A stretch of 63,803 nucleotides of DNA, the filler included, from Choristocarpus tenellus KU-1152 (lineage: Eukaryota; Protista; Phaeophyceae), in NCBI GenBank assembly GCA_964200185.2. It is 15 parts of 15 records of this genome, joined end to end, with 100 filler letters (N's around TTAATTAATTAA, not from the genome) between each part and the next. Parts side by side here need not be neighbours in the genome. Positions count along the whole stretch, not along the records: positions 8,873 to 13,789 come from CAXNAD020012543.1; positions 13,890 to 16,608 come from CAXNAD020025333.1; positions 16,709 to 20,462 come from CAXNAD020018136.1; positions 20,563 to 24,145 come from CAXNAD020019119.1; positions 24,246 to 30,606 come from CAXNAD020008300.1; 10 more parts are not named here. One strand, written 5' to 3'. The translations under genes and the position numbers were made by a program. The notes below the pieces were generated by a model. The model was given only the letters and a program-made list of their open reading frames with translations. It was not told the origin of the DNA and did no database searches. Shown piece after piece: positions 12,335 through 30,523 of this stretch (position 1 is the stretch's first letter; each line of letters opens with the position of its first letter).

Positions 12335-14607
12335 TTTCCTCCTGGTGTTGTTCGAGTACTGTGGCTACTTACTGGCGTAGGTTTGTGCTCCTTTTCCACT
12401 TTTCTCGCCAGCACAGCCCCACTGTGTCACCTGCGTGCACCTTCCTCACTCTTCCTTTCCCCCTGGGACTGCTGGAATATTGTGGTAAATATATACTGCT
12501 TCCCCTCCTCTTCCCCTCCCCAGGATATCCCCCAATTTATTACCCAAGAACAGAGTTGTACCCTATCCCAGTTATAGAATTACGGCAGTGGTCTATTATA
12601 GTGTTACAAGTTAGATATGGGTGTACGTTCAAAAGACTGTCGCTTGACACCTTTGTCGCAAAAATGTATCACGTTCGTCTGAGTACATGCAATTCTGCAG
12701 GCGGGTGTGGTTCATTTGGCATAAAACATGAAGAAATTGTTGTGATATTTGTTACAAAACAGTTCATAGTCTACCTCCATGGAATGTGTAGCTCCAGTCT
12801 ACAAGCCTGTAGATGACGCTGATGCACATTCAGGACGCCCGAGATATACCGATAGCCTGATGATCAGAGAAGATGGTGTATATCAGGTTAGCAGATGAAG
12901 GTATAGATCCTTTCAATACAAGTGTAGGACAAAAAAATAGAAGTGATAGCATGGCGCTGTCTCTGTATATATGTACTACATCTGAAGACCTTTGCTTTAT
13001 TCCAAGTTACAAATCTTACACTCTATAGCGAATCGGACTTCCCCATTTGGGGGTTCTGCTCGCACACTTACTGCTCGCACTGGTTAGAGCGCGATAAGAA
13101 ATACTTACGGTACTCGCCTGCAACACATATGGTATAGGATTAGAACAAAAAAATGTGTTGCAAGGGACACCTAGGAGAGAAGGAAAGAGCATAGTAGTCG
13201 TATGTTTGTCTGAGGCACAGGTATGAACACAGCAACATAAATGGAGCACTGACCACACTCCCACATCGGTATTTTTGATTGAATATATTAGAGTGTGGAT
13301 CTCTCGAGGCTCCTACCTCCGCTGTTCTCTTGACAAATTGGTTATTGAATTGAAGGGAATTCCTAACCTCCGTGCCCCCGATGCAGACCTCGGACGACAC
13401 CCACATAATGCATTTTGGATGCAGAAAGAATGGTGCAAAAGTAGAATTTGTTGTCTGGACAATTTCCCACAAATTCCACTACCTCACAGCTCAGATGCAC
13501 TGGGAGCAATGCGGGAGAACGAAAACGTGTGAGCAGTGCCAGACTGCTAAATAAATACTGCCGAAGTTACCTAGTGCAAACCAAACCAAGTATACCTGAG
13601 GGATACTGCCTGTTCAGTGAAGTACTGGGTGGAAGCGAAACTGAGTACCCGAAAAATATCTTCTGGATACCCTACCTAACGGAAAATTAAAACGATTCAG
13701 CAAGTTCCTGTACAAATTAGGGCCAGACCCGAAGTATCTGGGGGGGGGGGGGGGGGGGACCCCACCAGGGGCCCCAAGGGGGACAAAAANNNNNNNNNNN
13801 NNNNNNNNNNNNNNNNNNNNNNNNNNNNNNNNNTTAATTAATTAANNNNNNNNNNNNNNNNNNNNNNNNNNNNNNNNNNNNNNNNNNNNCGATTAGGAAG
13901 CGACTTTGACCAAGCCAAAGGTACAAGGACAGACGAACCCCCCGGGGGGGGGAGCCGGTAACGGTTTGGCATGCTTATATGTATGGTGTACTATGTATTG
14001 TATTATACAATACATACATACATACGTCTTCTTCCACTAGTTTAAATATTTATTCAAGGGTGATGTGGTTTGTACAAGAAAGGGATAGATAGGTCACCTC
14101 CACAAAAAAACTAATCAACCAAGTCGACAAAGAAGAACGAACACATGTTTCATACTATACATACATGCGAAGCTTGTACTTCGTATATATATTTTAGCTT
14201 TAATGACTGTTATTATCGGGTAATTTTGGCATGCTTAGTAAGCAAGGTCTGTCACCACGCTGTCACTACATTGAGCCAACGTCGTGATCATCTTTTATGT
14301 TAGAGGCGGTACATATGTAAGTAGCGGCCAATCTTTTTACCAGAGGTGGAATCGACCTACACTTTGACATTATTAATTGGTAATGAATAAATGTATATAA
14401 AAAATAGGACACAACAGACCACAGTGAGAGTTTCTCATTCGCCAGCACGAAGTGCATGCTGACTTGCCTTTATCGTATGTACGTATATCCTCCACCTTTC
14501 ATTCCCCCCTGCCACACACATGCAGTCGCTTTTTAAAGTAAAACAAGCCGCTGGGCATATCGGGGAGATAGATGATGAAAGATCAGAAATAACACTGTGT
14601 ACATACA

Positions 14608-15108
14608 TCAAACCCACCTCTCCACGCAGGAGGATGCACTTGCGTTAGGTGTACCTTTGCAAGCATCGATGACATGACTGGATAATCCGAACGATGCCTT
14701 GAAAAACTGCGGACAAACAGGAATGCCGGCCGTGAGCATAGATCCGCCTCCAGGCCCCAACTTAGTGACAGGTACACGGTCACCAACGAAGTGCTTGCAA
14801 TCGCGGCAGTTCTCGCACGCCCGGATGATGTCCTGCTCTTTGACCAACATGCGGGCAAGGAAGGACTCGCTATCTGCCGCGAACTTCTTCACACAGGCTA
14901 AGCGCTTGCAGCAGTCACCCTGTTCGTTGACTGGGATGGGTTGAGCCCATTCTCGGCGAAGTTTGGCACCGGTTGCTGAAGCGTCATTGGTAGAAAGCTC
15001 CAGCGCATCATTGTTGGCGGGCTGATGAGGGGGCAACACAAGGGGCGGCACAGGCGACAAAAGCCACCCCCTTGCTGTGGGAGCAACTGTCATGGTGTTT
15101 TCGGGCAA
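14608..15108 (-). CDS. Cys-rich ORF/exon resembling the N-terminal region of Sola-like/DUF7869-type transposases
   Basis: CCKRLAC...CENCRDCKH...PVCPQFFKASFGLSSHVI resembles the VCxxxFxxxxG[IL]S pattern. Possible donor AG|GTGGGT near the end; no catalytic domain seen. Confidence 0.4.
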   Translation of the reverse strand: MPENTMTVAPTARGWLLSPVPPLVLPPHQPANNDALELSTNDASATGAKLRREWAQPIPVNEQGDCCKRLACVKKFAADSESFLARMLVKEQDIIRACENCRDCKHFVGDRVPVTKLGPGGGSMLTAGIPVCPQFFKASFGLSSHVIDACKGTPNASASSCVERWV

Positions 15109-16145
15109 CAGGCGGTCTTGGGCAGTGAGAAGGTCTAGGAGTGAATTGAATTTGAAGCCAGGCGTACGATGTTTGAGTTTGAAGAGACCCGTCGGACCAA
15201 AATAAATAAAACGCGTTTATTCTCGCCGTGACGAAATAAAAACTAGATATTAATCTGGTCTCAGGCAACAGACGGTCTTGGGACGATAGAATTGAATTCG
15301 AAGCCAGGCGTATGAATGATGTTTGAGCCTCAGGCGATCCGTCGGACCACCCTGAGATCCTTGATCCAGAAAATACGTGCATCATGGTTTTTAGAAATTA
15401 AAAATTCGATTATATTCGTAATTTCAATTTTTTTAAATACAAAGCACATACTTAATTGATCTTGTACGTTTCTAATGTTCCGAAACCAAAAGGTAAAAAA
15501 AACCTGACACCCTCAAATTGTTTTAAGTACAAAATCTTATATTGTTCAACATTTGTATATTAAAATACAAATTCTACAAAAAACAGTTTTTGAGTTTCGG
15601 GCGATCCGTCGGACCACCCAAAACTCTTGAACCGCAAAACACGTGCATTAGGGTTTTTAGAAATTGTAAATCCAATTATATCCGTACTTACAATTTTAAA
15701 ATACAAAGCACATACTTTATTGGTCTTACACGTTTCCAATGTTCCGAAACTAAAAGGTCACAAAAAAATGGTACCCTACATTTTTGTTAATTGCAAAATT
15801 CGCTTTTTGTCAACATTTGTATTTTTTAAAAGCGGTTTTTGAGTTTCGGGCGATCCGTCGGACCACCCGAAACCCTTGAACCACAAAACACGTGCATTAG
15901 GGTTTTTATGAAATAAAAATAATATTCTGTTCTTATTATCAACAAATACAAATATAAACCACATACTTCGTTGATATAATACGTTTGAAATGTTCCGAAA
16001 CAAAAAGGTCACGAAAAGCTAATACTCTCTATCTGTTTTAAATATGAAATCGTATACTGTTTGATATTCGTATTTTTTTGAACACAATTATCAACGGAAA
16101 GAGAAATCTGGCTTCTTTGGGCACCGAACGACCAGATGAAATAAA
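15100..16145. repeat. Tandem array: three ~250-bp units plus shorter partial units
   Basis: Core GAGTTTCGGGCGATCCGTCGGACCACCC...AAACACGTGCATTAGGG recurs near 15321, 15586 and 15835, with a partial unit near 15171 and a degenerate one near 16110. Confidence 0.85.
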
Positions 16146-16250
16146 AAAGCTCCTCCCAGCCCTCACTCCTCATTTCCATTCCTTCCGTTCCGCACATACC
16201 ACCAGCAGCTCTTTCTTATCTATCCCTGTCACACCTTTCCAGTCTTTGCC

Positions 16251-16480
16251 GTGCCCAACATTCGCTCAACAACGACCCCCTTGCGCGCCGATGGCACTGC
16301 CCACGGATCGAGAGCGTCGGACAACAATGCCAAGGGCATGTCCTCGCTCCTCGAATATCACTACCTCGGAATGTACAAGATGAGACTCGGCAATATAACA
16401 TGCACGGAAATGGTGCATCCCCTGAGCGAGCTTGGCCTTGCGCGCATCAGCAAGTCTATCCGTGAAAAAGGCTGGCTCAA
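16251..16480 (+). pseudogene. ParB/Srx-like domain fragment interrupted by a MITE
   Basis: YKMRLGNITCTEMVHPLSELGLARISKSIREKGWLK resembles the ParB N-terminal LxxSIxxxGxL pattern. The MITE starts at 16481. Confidence 0.3.
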
Positions 16481-16608
16481 GAGCCAAAGTATCTTAGAGG
16501 GTGGGGCCGCGTCCATTTGGGGACCAAAATCCAATGTTGCGAATTTGACGTAATTTTGGCTATCGTTTTGTTAGGAAGAGTCAATGTCCTTGTTCTGGAC
16601 ACACCTTT
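16481..16608. mobile_element. MITE family B, truncated by contig end
   Basis: GAGCCAAAGTATCTTAGAGG terminus. Other truncated copies lie at 34635-34843, 51237-51276 and 55090-55195. Confidence 0.85.
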
Positions 16609-18823
16609 NNNNNNNNNNNNNNNNNNNNNNNNNNNNNNNNNNNNNNNNNNNNTTAATTAATTAANNNNNNNNNNNNNNNNNNNNNNNNNNNNNNNNNNNN
16701 NNNNNNNNGGGGGGAGGGCTCTGGTTGTCGGCTTGTTTTGGTCGTGAACGGAAATAACGCCTCCGTTATTTTTGTCATTAGGAACAAATCCGGTCCTCCG
16801 ATCATGTCAGTTGGATCTATTGATAGGTTGGCAGTGCAAGAAGTCACCTTGACTGGAGAGTGTACGCTCTTGTGGTGACATGATTGATGGCAATGAGAAC
16901 TACCAGATGAGTGTTGAAGAGTTACCAGTAGGGACAATTGGGGTTGGTGTTAAAGAGTAGAACGTGACCTGGTAGGGGTGGTTGTGGGTCCACTGGGACT
17001 AGTTGGAAGTGTAGTTTTGCTTTTGAACTATAACCCTAACCCTAAACAGTGGAACTGGTGCCGTGTATGAGGTTAGTATGATTGGAACCTGAGAGTACAG
17101 CGAGTGGGTTGGTATGACGACCTTTAAAGACAGGAAGACAAATCGACTTTTTTCTATTTTTGTTCTCCATATATTAGCTGATGAAAAGATGCACACCTTC
17201 TTTTGGAAAGTATCGCCTTGATAATCATTGATGTCATGCATTATTAGCTCTGCTGCTATGGTAATTCATTTCATGGCAGGTGTGACCGACGTAGAGAGAG
17301 AGAGAAAAAAATAATAATAATTTGCTTACTGTTTTGTGTATATTTATTTTTCCACGCATGTTGTCGAATGATCCAACCCTTTTTTATCGTGCATTAGGTG
17401 CTAGTGCGTGGGAACTATTATAGTATGAGGGACTTGGCACTTATTTTATTTAATAGTTTCTCGGTTGCAGTTGGTCGGTATTTATCGGCGATTCTTGGTC
17501 CTGGATCAAGCAAATACTATTTGTGCACTTCCGATATTATGATGATAAAAATGATAGTAGTATAAGATTATCTTAGCAATGAATTATCGGTACCTGTCGG
17601 GCATCAGTTTGAACGGTTCTCGATACTGCATTGGGAAGGCGTTTCTTGTGACGTCGCGGTAGGCCGCGTAGAATAGTTGAGACCAATTTGGATTTTGCTG
17701 AGATTTTAGGGTGAACTCATACTAATGATGGGTTTTCGCTATACCCTGTCAAAAAGTAATGAAAATTTTACATACCATCTTATAGACCACACGTATGCAT
17801 AGCCTGCCCCCACTAAATGCTTGAACTGATGCTGAACAAACTATGTCTTCCAATAGAAATATGGATTGCATCTCTACTACTTTTTATTATTATTACTACA
17901 CCGATGATGTTGAGAGTTGCTTGTTCAGGGTTCCCGGACAAAATGGAAACTAGGTAATGGTGTGTATTGTTTGAAGTGAAGCGAGAGGATGCAGGTAACA
18001 ATATAATTGGGTATAAACGAAATATGGTTGGTCTATTGCAATAATGCAACGATAATAATGGAGCAGTTTTGTTTGGGTAGTGTATTTATATACATGCAAT
18101 ATGTTACGTAGTGGTCTCGAGCATATATGTATCACAACTTCGACAGTGTAGCAGCACTCAACGAGATGTAAGATGTGTCATAGTAGGAGCAGAGGCGAAA
18201 AACTCTTAACGACCAAGAGCTGATGATGCAAGTAGGAATTAGCATGAAGGGAGGTCAATCCGTGAGGATGCGGTATTGGTAACACACAGGCAGACTGATC
18301 GACGGGTAGAGCCGGTACTGTTAACGTAAAAGAACCAGTGTCCCCTTCTTGGTCTTGATAGCCTGTATAGGTAACAGACGGATGGACGGACAAGAATTAG
18401 TTGGTTGCATGCTATACGAACTACCCTGTAGAGAGTCATGTTCGTTTGGACCCTTCTTCATTCTAAGCAATCTTTCTTACCCTGCCCAACACATTCTATT
18501 TCATAGTAATTATAGGAATCGTAGTAATCATCACGGTGACAATGATCATAATGATGTAGGTAAGAATGATAAGAAAATAAATCTGATACTGATAATATCG
18601 GTTTTAATACTGATAGTATGGTACTAATGACGATACGATAATCATAATAATGATAAAATATTCATGAAAATGAAAATAACGATATTAACAATACTAAGAA
18701 GATCGATAAGAATGATAAGAAAACATACAAGTTCAACTCATTCATCTGTACCAACGAGTCCTCCCAACTCTCCTCGCTAAGAGCGAAAGAGTGATTAGAA
18801 AGAATGATAAGAACGATACAATA

Positions 18824-18863
18824 TATTATTATGCCCTCTAACATCTTGTAGATGTGTCAGGGA
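18824..18863 (-). repeat. Short stem-loop + (TAA)n repeat, copy 2
   Basis: TATTATTATGCCCTCTAACATCTTGTAGATGTGTCAGGG, close to the 2758 copy. Confidence 0.65.
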
Positions 18864-18881
18864 AAGTTTAATTCACTATCA

Positions 18882-19138
18882 GAGTCAAAGTATCTTAGAG
18901 GGTAAGCCGTGTCCATTGGGCAGCCAAAATCCGATGTTGCAATTTTGATATAATTTTAGCTATCCTGTTTGTTAGGAGATGTCAATATCCTTGTTCCGAA
19001 CACTCCTTTCCATAATGCATACATTTTACCTACTCCGAAACATTTAGAGTATGTAAGATGTCATTAAAAACCCGTGGGAAGCCAAGCCCCAAATGGACAA
19101 ACAGGGAAAAACTCGTACACTCTAAGATACTTTCACTC
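18882..19138. mobile_element. MITE family B, complete, flanked by an ATCA direct repeat
   Basis: ATCA|GAGTCAAAGTATCTTAGAG...CTCTAAGATACTTTCACTC|ATCA. Confidence 0.9.
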
Positions 19139-19791
19139 ATCACAAGGACCTCTGTAAAAGTAACAGTTATCGTTGATGCAAAAGATTTGTAATTGTGACA
19201 AGGAGACACAGCCCGTTGCAGTGCACAGGGGGAACAATGTCTTCTAAGAACCCCACTCTCTTCAGGGAACCACCATTGTAATATTTTTTCCCCTTTTTCG
19301 GTCACATTTCTAAAAACCTAACCCTAACCTTCGTTTGAAGAAGTGAAAAAATTGTGGCAGTGGGAGTTCCCTAAGGAGATTGGGGGTTCCTTGAGACAAG
19401 GGGCTTCCCCTGCGCACTTCACTGTAGCAAGAAAGTGACCTTGAACACCAGTCGCATGAGATAACAGCTGCTGATTTTTTCCCCCCCTCTCCTTTTTTTT
19501 CTTCTATTCTTTTTCTTTTATTCTCTGGATAGGAAGGGAAACTGGACGGTTCCTTTTCCTAACCCAATATACTCGTCTTGCCGTTGATGATAGTGTAGGG
19601 TTTTGTATCTAAGGGGTGCGAGGAGTGAAGTTAGATTGATTGCTATGAAGTGGATACGGGTGTATGTGCCCCTTCTTGAAGCAATTCTGGTCCCTGATGC
19701 CGGAACTGATCCCTCAAATTGTGCTTTTCTTTCTGATCATCATATTTTGTGTCAACGCCAAGGGAGGCAATAAGAAGGAGAAAGAAGAAAA

Positions 19792-20051
19792 GGATCAAAG
19801 TATCTTAGAGGGAAGAGCCCCGCCCGTTTGGGGGTCAAAATCCAATCTTACGATTCTGACGTAATTTTGGTCATTGTGTTTGTTAGCAGGTGTCAGTATC
19901 CTTATTCTGGAGACTCCTTTTCATAATGTACACATTTTACCTACTCCGAAACATTTAGAGTATGTAAAATGTCATAAAAAAAACCCGTGGGAAGCCAAGC
20001 CCCAAACGGATAAACTGGGCAAAACTAGTCCCCTCTAAGATACTTTCACTC
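19792..20051. mobile_element. MITE family B, complete
   Basis: GGATCAAAGTATCTTAGAGGG...CCCTCTAAGATACTTTCACTC; body highly similar to the 18882 copy; no clear TSD. Confidence 0.9.
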
Positions 20052-20142
20052 TCGAGTTAAGTCAACCCACAAGAGGAGAAACAAAACCAAAAACGTTCTT
20101 GGGAATGCCTTGGGTGCTGCTTTTCGCACGACCTACACATCA

Positions 20143-20409
20143 GACTCAGAGTAAACGAGAGTTACTCTGAGTCGCAATCTAAGGATGTTGCCAAATATCT
20201 GCGAAATTTGGCTTCTTTTTTCTTTACAAATGTGCATAGGATTTTTTTCTGAGTGGTGTCGAAAAGTTTCAAACAATGGAAAAACTAACCCTTTCAAGTC
20301 AAACTCAGGACTTCACCAGTAGAAATATGGATAAATTTTAAAAGATTTAAAAACTGGCTTTATTATGCAAAACAGGTTTTCAATCTGGGATATCTCTCGT
20401 TTACTTTGA
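20143..20409. mobile_element. MITE family C copy abutting a family A copy at its right terminus
   Basis: GACTCAGAGTAAACGAGAG...CTCTCGTTTACTTTGA followed directly by GACCCAAAGTATCTGGG. Confidence 0.75.
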
Positions 20410-20759
20410 GACCCAAAGTATCTGGGAGGGGGGGGGGGTCTACACGAGGGTGTCCATTTGGANNNNNNNNNNNNNNNNNNNNNNNNNNNNNNNNNNNNNN
20501 NNNNNNTTAATTAATTAANNNNNNNNNNNNNNNNNNNNNNNNNNNNNNNNNNNNNNNNNNNNCTGTTCTACATAATGAGGAAATAATCGAGTTATTTACA
20601 CACACAAGTCTTGGGAACACCAGTTTCTTTAACAGCCACCGCAGAGGACTTCGGAATTTCCTGAATCACCATGGCCCATCATCTGAAGGAGTATAGCAGG
20701 CAGATCACACGAGGTGAATGCATGGACCTTGTACGACATCGGAAGGGGTGATGCGGCTG

Positions 20760-21720
20760 CCGTACACAAGTATCCTTGATATTTGGGATGTAACATTGGT
20801 GCAACGCGTGTCCTTCTGCAAATGGGCGGCCAAAGCTGGGGTCTCCCTTGCTACGTTGTGGAATTTGTGGAACCACAAGAAGGTCAAGAAGGTCAAGCGG
20901 TGGAATAAGTCAGTCCTCTCACCCAGACCAGCAGAAAGTCAACCGGGTGGGTTTCATCATCAGCCACATGCACAGGAGAGGGGAAAGTGGAGTATTAGTG
21001 GATGATCTATAGGACTGGGAGCATATCGACAAGATGCGTTTTTGCATCCTCAAAGACGGGCAAGGTGCCCCACTGAGGACCTCACCAAACTCCCTCGGGC
21101 ACAGAATAAGCGTTGTATTACTGAAGTGATGTTCCTTGCAGCTGCTTTCAAGGGGGTGGGTGGGAAAATCGGGATCTGGCCAATCGTAGACACTAGGATC
21201 GCTCAGTGCTCCAGCAAACCACCTGAAAGGCATCAAGGTGTACAGGCCAGCCATGACTGACGGGAGAGATATAAAAGCTCATGATCCAGGATGTCCTCCC
21301 AGCAATCAAGGCCCGCATGCCTAGACCAGAAAGACATATTATTTTCGTGCAGCAGGGCAGGGTAAAGTCACACACCAAGGGGAGGATTGTGTAAGTAATC
21401 AAGGAGGTGACGCTGTGAGGGACGACATAGTCATAGAGACTCAGCCAGCCAACTCACCTGACCTCAATGTCAACGACCTAGAATTTTTTCGTTCCACCGA
21501 CTGAAGAAAGACTTGAGGGTAACCAACACGGAGGAGGTGGTGGAGGCTACTATGGAAAAGTTCGATGTGTACCCCTGAGCAACAGTAGAGCACGTCTGGC
21601 AGATCCTCTTTGCAGTCTACAGCGACGTGCTGGGGTCCAAGGGTGACAACATCCTCAAACTTCCCAGTGCGACCATGGAAAATGGTCGAGAGGGCAGGCA
21701 ATCTCCCTCCAAATGCCCCG
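20760..21720 (+). pseudogene. Decayed mariner-like transposase (DD39D/plant-type)
   Basis: Frameshifted segments GVSLATLW, ITEVMFLAA, GKIGIWPIV, DVLPAIKARMP, IFVQQ, QPANSPDLNVNDLEFF; several stops. Confidence 0.85.
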
Positions 21721-21955
21721 GTGGATGCAGCGAATTATCGTGCTGGAATGGAGTTTTGAGGGCTTCGGGGACGGAATCATAGATAGGTGTAGGCTACCAC
21801 ATTTGCTCGATAATTTGATGTGCAACCTTGCAGTATCTGTACAATACACGCATAAAATATGAACTCGCGAAAAAATAATTTTGCTTCTTCATGGGGGCTT
21901 CAAAGTTTGTATAAAATTCAATTCCTATTATATTGAGATTCCGAAAGGAGGAAGC

Positions 21956-22217
21956 GAGTCAAACCACTGTAACAGGTCCTAACCCTAACCCTGTTTTGTC
22001 CGTGTTCGGTACTTGACTTCCCACGTTTTTCTCATGCCCGTTTTCGGTTTTCTGTGTGAACGCAGTTACCTGAAATGCATACGACTATGAAAAATATATC
22101 TGGAGCAAGGTTATTGACACTTGCTAACAGACACGATAGCCAAAATCCATCAAAATCGCAACATTGGATTTATGATCCCGAACAGATGGGGTCCTACCCT
22201 CTTAAATGTTCTGGGTT
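21956..22217. mobile_element. MITE family B, diverged copy with a CCTAACCCTAACCCT insertion
   Basis: Body matches the 4510 and 12078 copies; flanks AGC/AGT. Confidence 0.75.
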
Positions 22218-23224
22218 AGTATGAATTGTTGATTGTAGGATTCTCACATGGAGGAATCGCTTCTTCTGATCTGGAGCATGAGGTTGACAATGTAGTAGTG
22301 AGGCATATCTAATATTAATGATATTGTATCAAGAAGCAAGTGAGTTCCACTCGTCAAACTCTTCAAAATTCCAGAACATACCCTTAAAAATGATTAAAAT
22401 AGATACTTAGCACGTTCGGCGTTTGTGAATGCTCTATACAACATAAGAAATTATGACAACATGTTTCCGAAGGGTATTCAGCATCCTTGAACCATTATTT
22501 GGACAACTATTGAGTAGATACAAGTCTGTCAATCTGTTTCCGAAGCGTAGTCAGCATCCTTCAGCCATTACTTGGATAACAATTGAGTCGAGATAACCAT
22601 GAGTTTTGGGGGGTCGGTAGCAGACCCGACAAATGTACTTATACCGAGGATCATCAATTGGTGGACCCTCCCCAAAGATTGAGCGGCCAGCAAGTGGGGC
22701 ATGAGGATATAATTTCTTGAGTTGATGTGGCAGGTAGCGGAGGAAATCGTGAACCGGTTCTGTCGACACAAACTGTGGTGTTCTCCAAATCGAACCAATC
22801 ATCAAAGGTGCCAGAACACATCAAAACCTGACTGGCGCACTGTGACTTCAGAACCAACCCCACACTATAAATCTATGACTCCGACTCCTGATATGAAAAC
22901 AAGACCTGGGACCCACACGATACAGTTGTGCCCTCTAACTTGGAACCCCTTAGGAATCTGCGACTATCAATACTGCAGAGTACTACTAATAGTAGCGTTA
23001 GGTGGTACTTCGTAGTATACTGAAGTACTACCTCCGTGCCATACGTCTGTGCTGTGTTGTCCATAACGTTTGATGATGTTGATGAAATTCATCTCTGAAA
23101 GAAGATTCGGAATCCTTGACGAATATCTAGTTAGGGTCAGATCTTGTTATTATTATTGCTCCCCATCCATCACCATTTTATCATCCACAGAAAAACCCTC
23201 AATGCCTACCTTCGGCGTGTTTTC

Positions 23225-24145
23225 AAGCTCACCAGACAACGACCTCTTCCTTACGCCTGTGTGCTCCACACTGAAGTCATTCCCCACTTTGTATCTAAGT
23301 ACTTGTTTGTACACCACAAAAGGGAGCTGCCAAGCCCTCTCAAGTGCGGTTTCATGATACTCTTCATACTATTTCTTAATGACCTTCATCATCTCCTCGA
23401 CGGACCCAAACCGCTCCCCCATCACCTGGCATTTCAAAGATCTGAAGAAGCACAGATCCATGACATTGAGGCCAGGGGAGTTTGATTGCTGCATCACAAG
23501 CCTAATCGACCACCCCTCAGTCTTCCCTGCCTCTGACAAGATTTCTGAGTTGCCCTTGCCCGTGTGGGGGGTAGCAACTTCTTGCCCAACGACAAGATAT
23601 GCTTCCCCTGCAACCAAGGCATCTTGATCTTGATTGCAGGCAGTAACTCCTCCATGTACCACTTCCTGTACCACAAAATGGTCTAAAGTACAGTCCTGCT
23701 CATACACATCCCCCTTTTTATGGTTCTTGCTTGTCCTGTCTGCCGTGTTTGGCGCACATACACGCCAAACACCAAGCTTTCCATCAAAGCTGTGAGTCGA
23801 ATCTGGGCGGGTGTTGACTGCAATGATCATGGTTTTGGAGATATGACTCTTGTAGGGGATGGCTCAGTAGGGGACCCTGGAAGGTCACTATAATCCTCAT
23901 GGGGAAATACCCTAACCCTTTTCCCATCAGCCATCACGTAAAACTAGGTTTCAGTCACATGGATCGTGTTTGCCATGGAGGCGTACACACCACGTTTCCG
24001 GTCCACTTGATTGCAAACAAAGTCCATTCTCCATACCTTTTGCCACGATTTAAACTTAGGCTTGATCCAGTGGCGATTCAGCGTGGCCCCCATATCATCC
24101 AACCACCTATTTATGGTGCTCGTGCTATTATTCAGCCCCATGACG
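23225..24145 (-). pseudogene. Second decayed mariner-like transposase (DD39D/plant-type)
   Basis: STINRW, WIKPK, TIHVTET (decayed HVDE), RPD...FDGKLGVW, LLPAIKIKMPW, QQSNSPGLNVMDLCFFRSLK; frameshifts and stops. Confidence 0.85.
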
Positions 24146-24245
24146 NNNNNNNNNNNNNNNNNNNNNNNNNNNNNNNNNNNNNNNNNNNNTTAATTAATTA
24201 ANNNNNNNNNNNNNNNNNNNNNNNNNNNNNNNNNNNNNNNNNNNN

Positions 24246-30070
<5,825 letters not shown>

Positions 30071-30401
30071 CTGAGGAAAAAAGAAAAACAGTGGTACATA
30101 CTGTTACTATTGATAGTGGTTAGTAGTCAACAGTGGTATATGCTGTTACTATTGATAGTGGTCATTAGTCAACAGGGTTAGGGCAAATATGTACAATGCT
30201 TCCAAGTACATACACATTTACATATGTACTTACATAGTTCAAAGTGCAGATATATATATATATATATATATTCAACTATATATACCACTGAAGTTCAAGG
30301 CTAGCCCTGAAGTGACTGTTTTGAGGAGAGATGTGAAGGCTGCAGACTGTATCAGGGAGGTTTGAGGGTTAATACATATTATTGAGTCAATGTGACATGA
30401 A

Positions 30402-30523
30402 CATAACACATGATCATAACACATGATCATAATACATGATCATAACACATGATCATAACACATGATCATAACACATGATCATAACACATGATCATAACAC
30501 ATGATCATAACACATGATCATAA
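30402..30523. repeat. 13-bp minisatellite (CATAACACATGAT) about 9 copies
   Basis: Head-to-tail units with no spacers. Confidence 0.9.

Noticed and set aside
12232-12816. 194-aa ORF
   Set aside because: Starts inside a MITE; no recognisable domain.
15100-16145. Repeat-spacer (CRISPR-like) reading of the GGCGATCCGTCGGACC cores
   Set aside because: The intervening ~220-bp segments are homologous to each other, so this is a tandem array.
18349-18844. Small hydrophobic membrane-protein-like ORFs
   Set aside because: They arise from ATA/GAT-rich low-complexity sequence, and one starts in the stem-loop repeat.
30402-30523. CRISPR-like periodic repeat
   Set aside because: Head-to-tail 13-mers without unique spacers; no cas genes; eukaryotic context.
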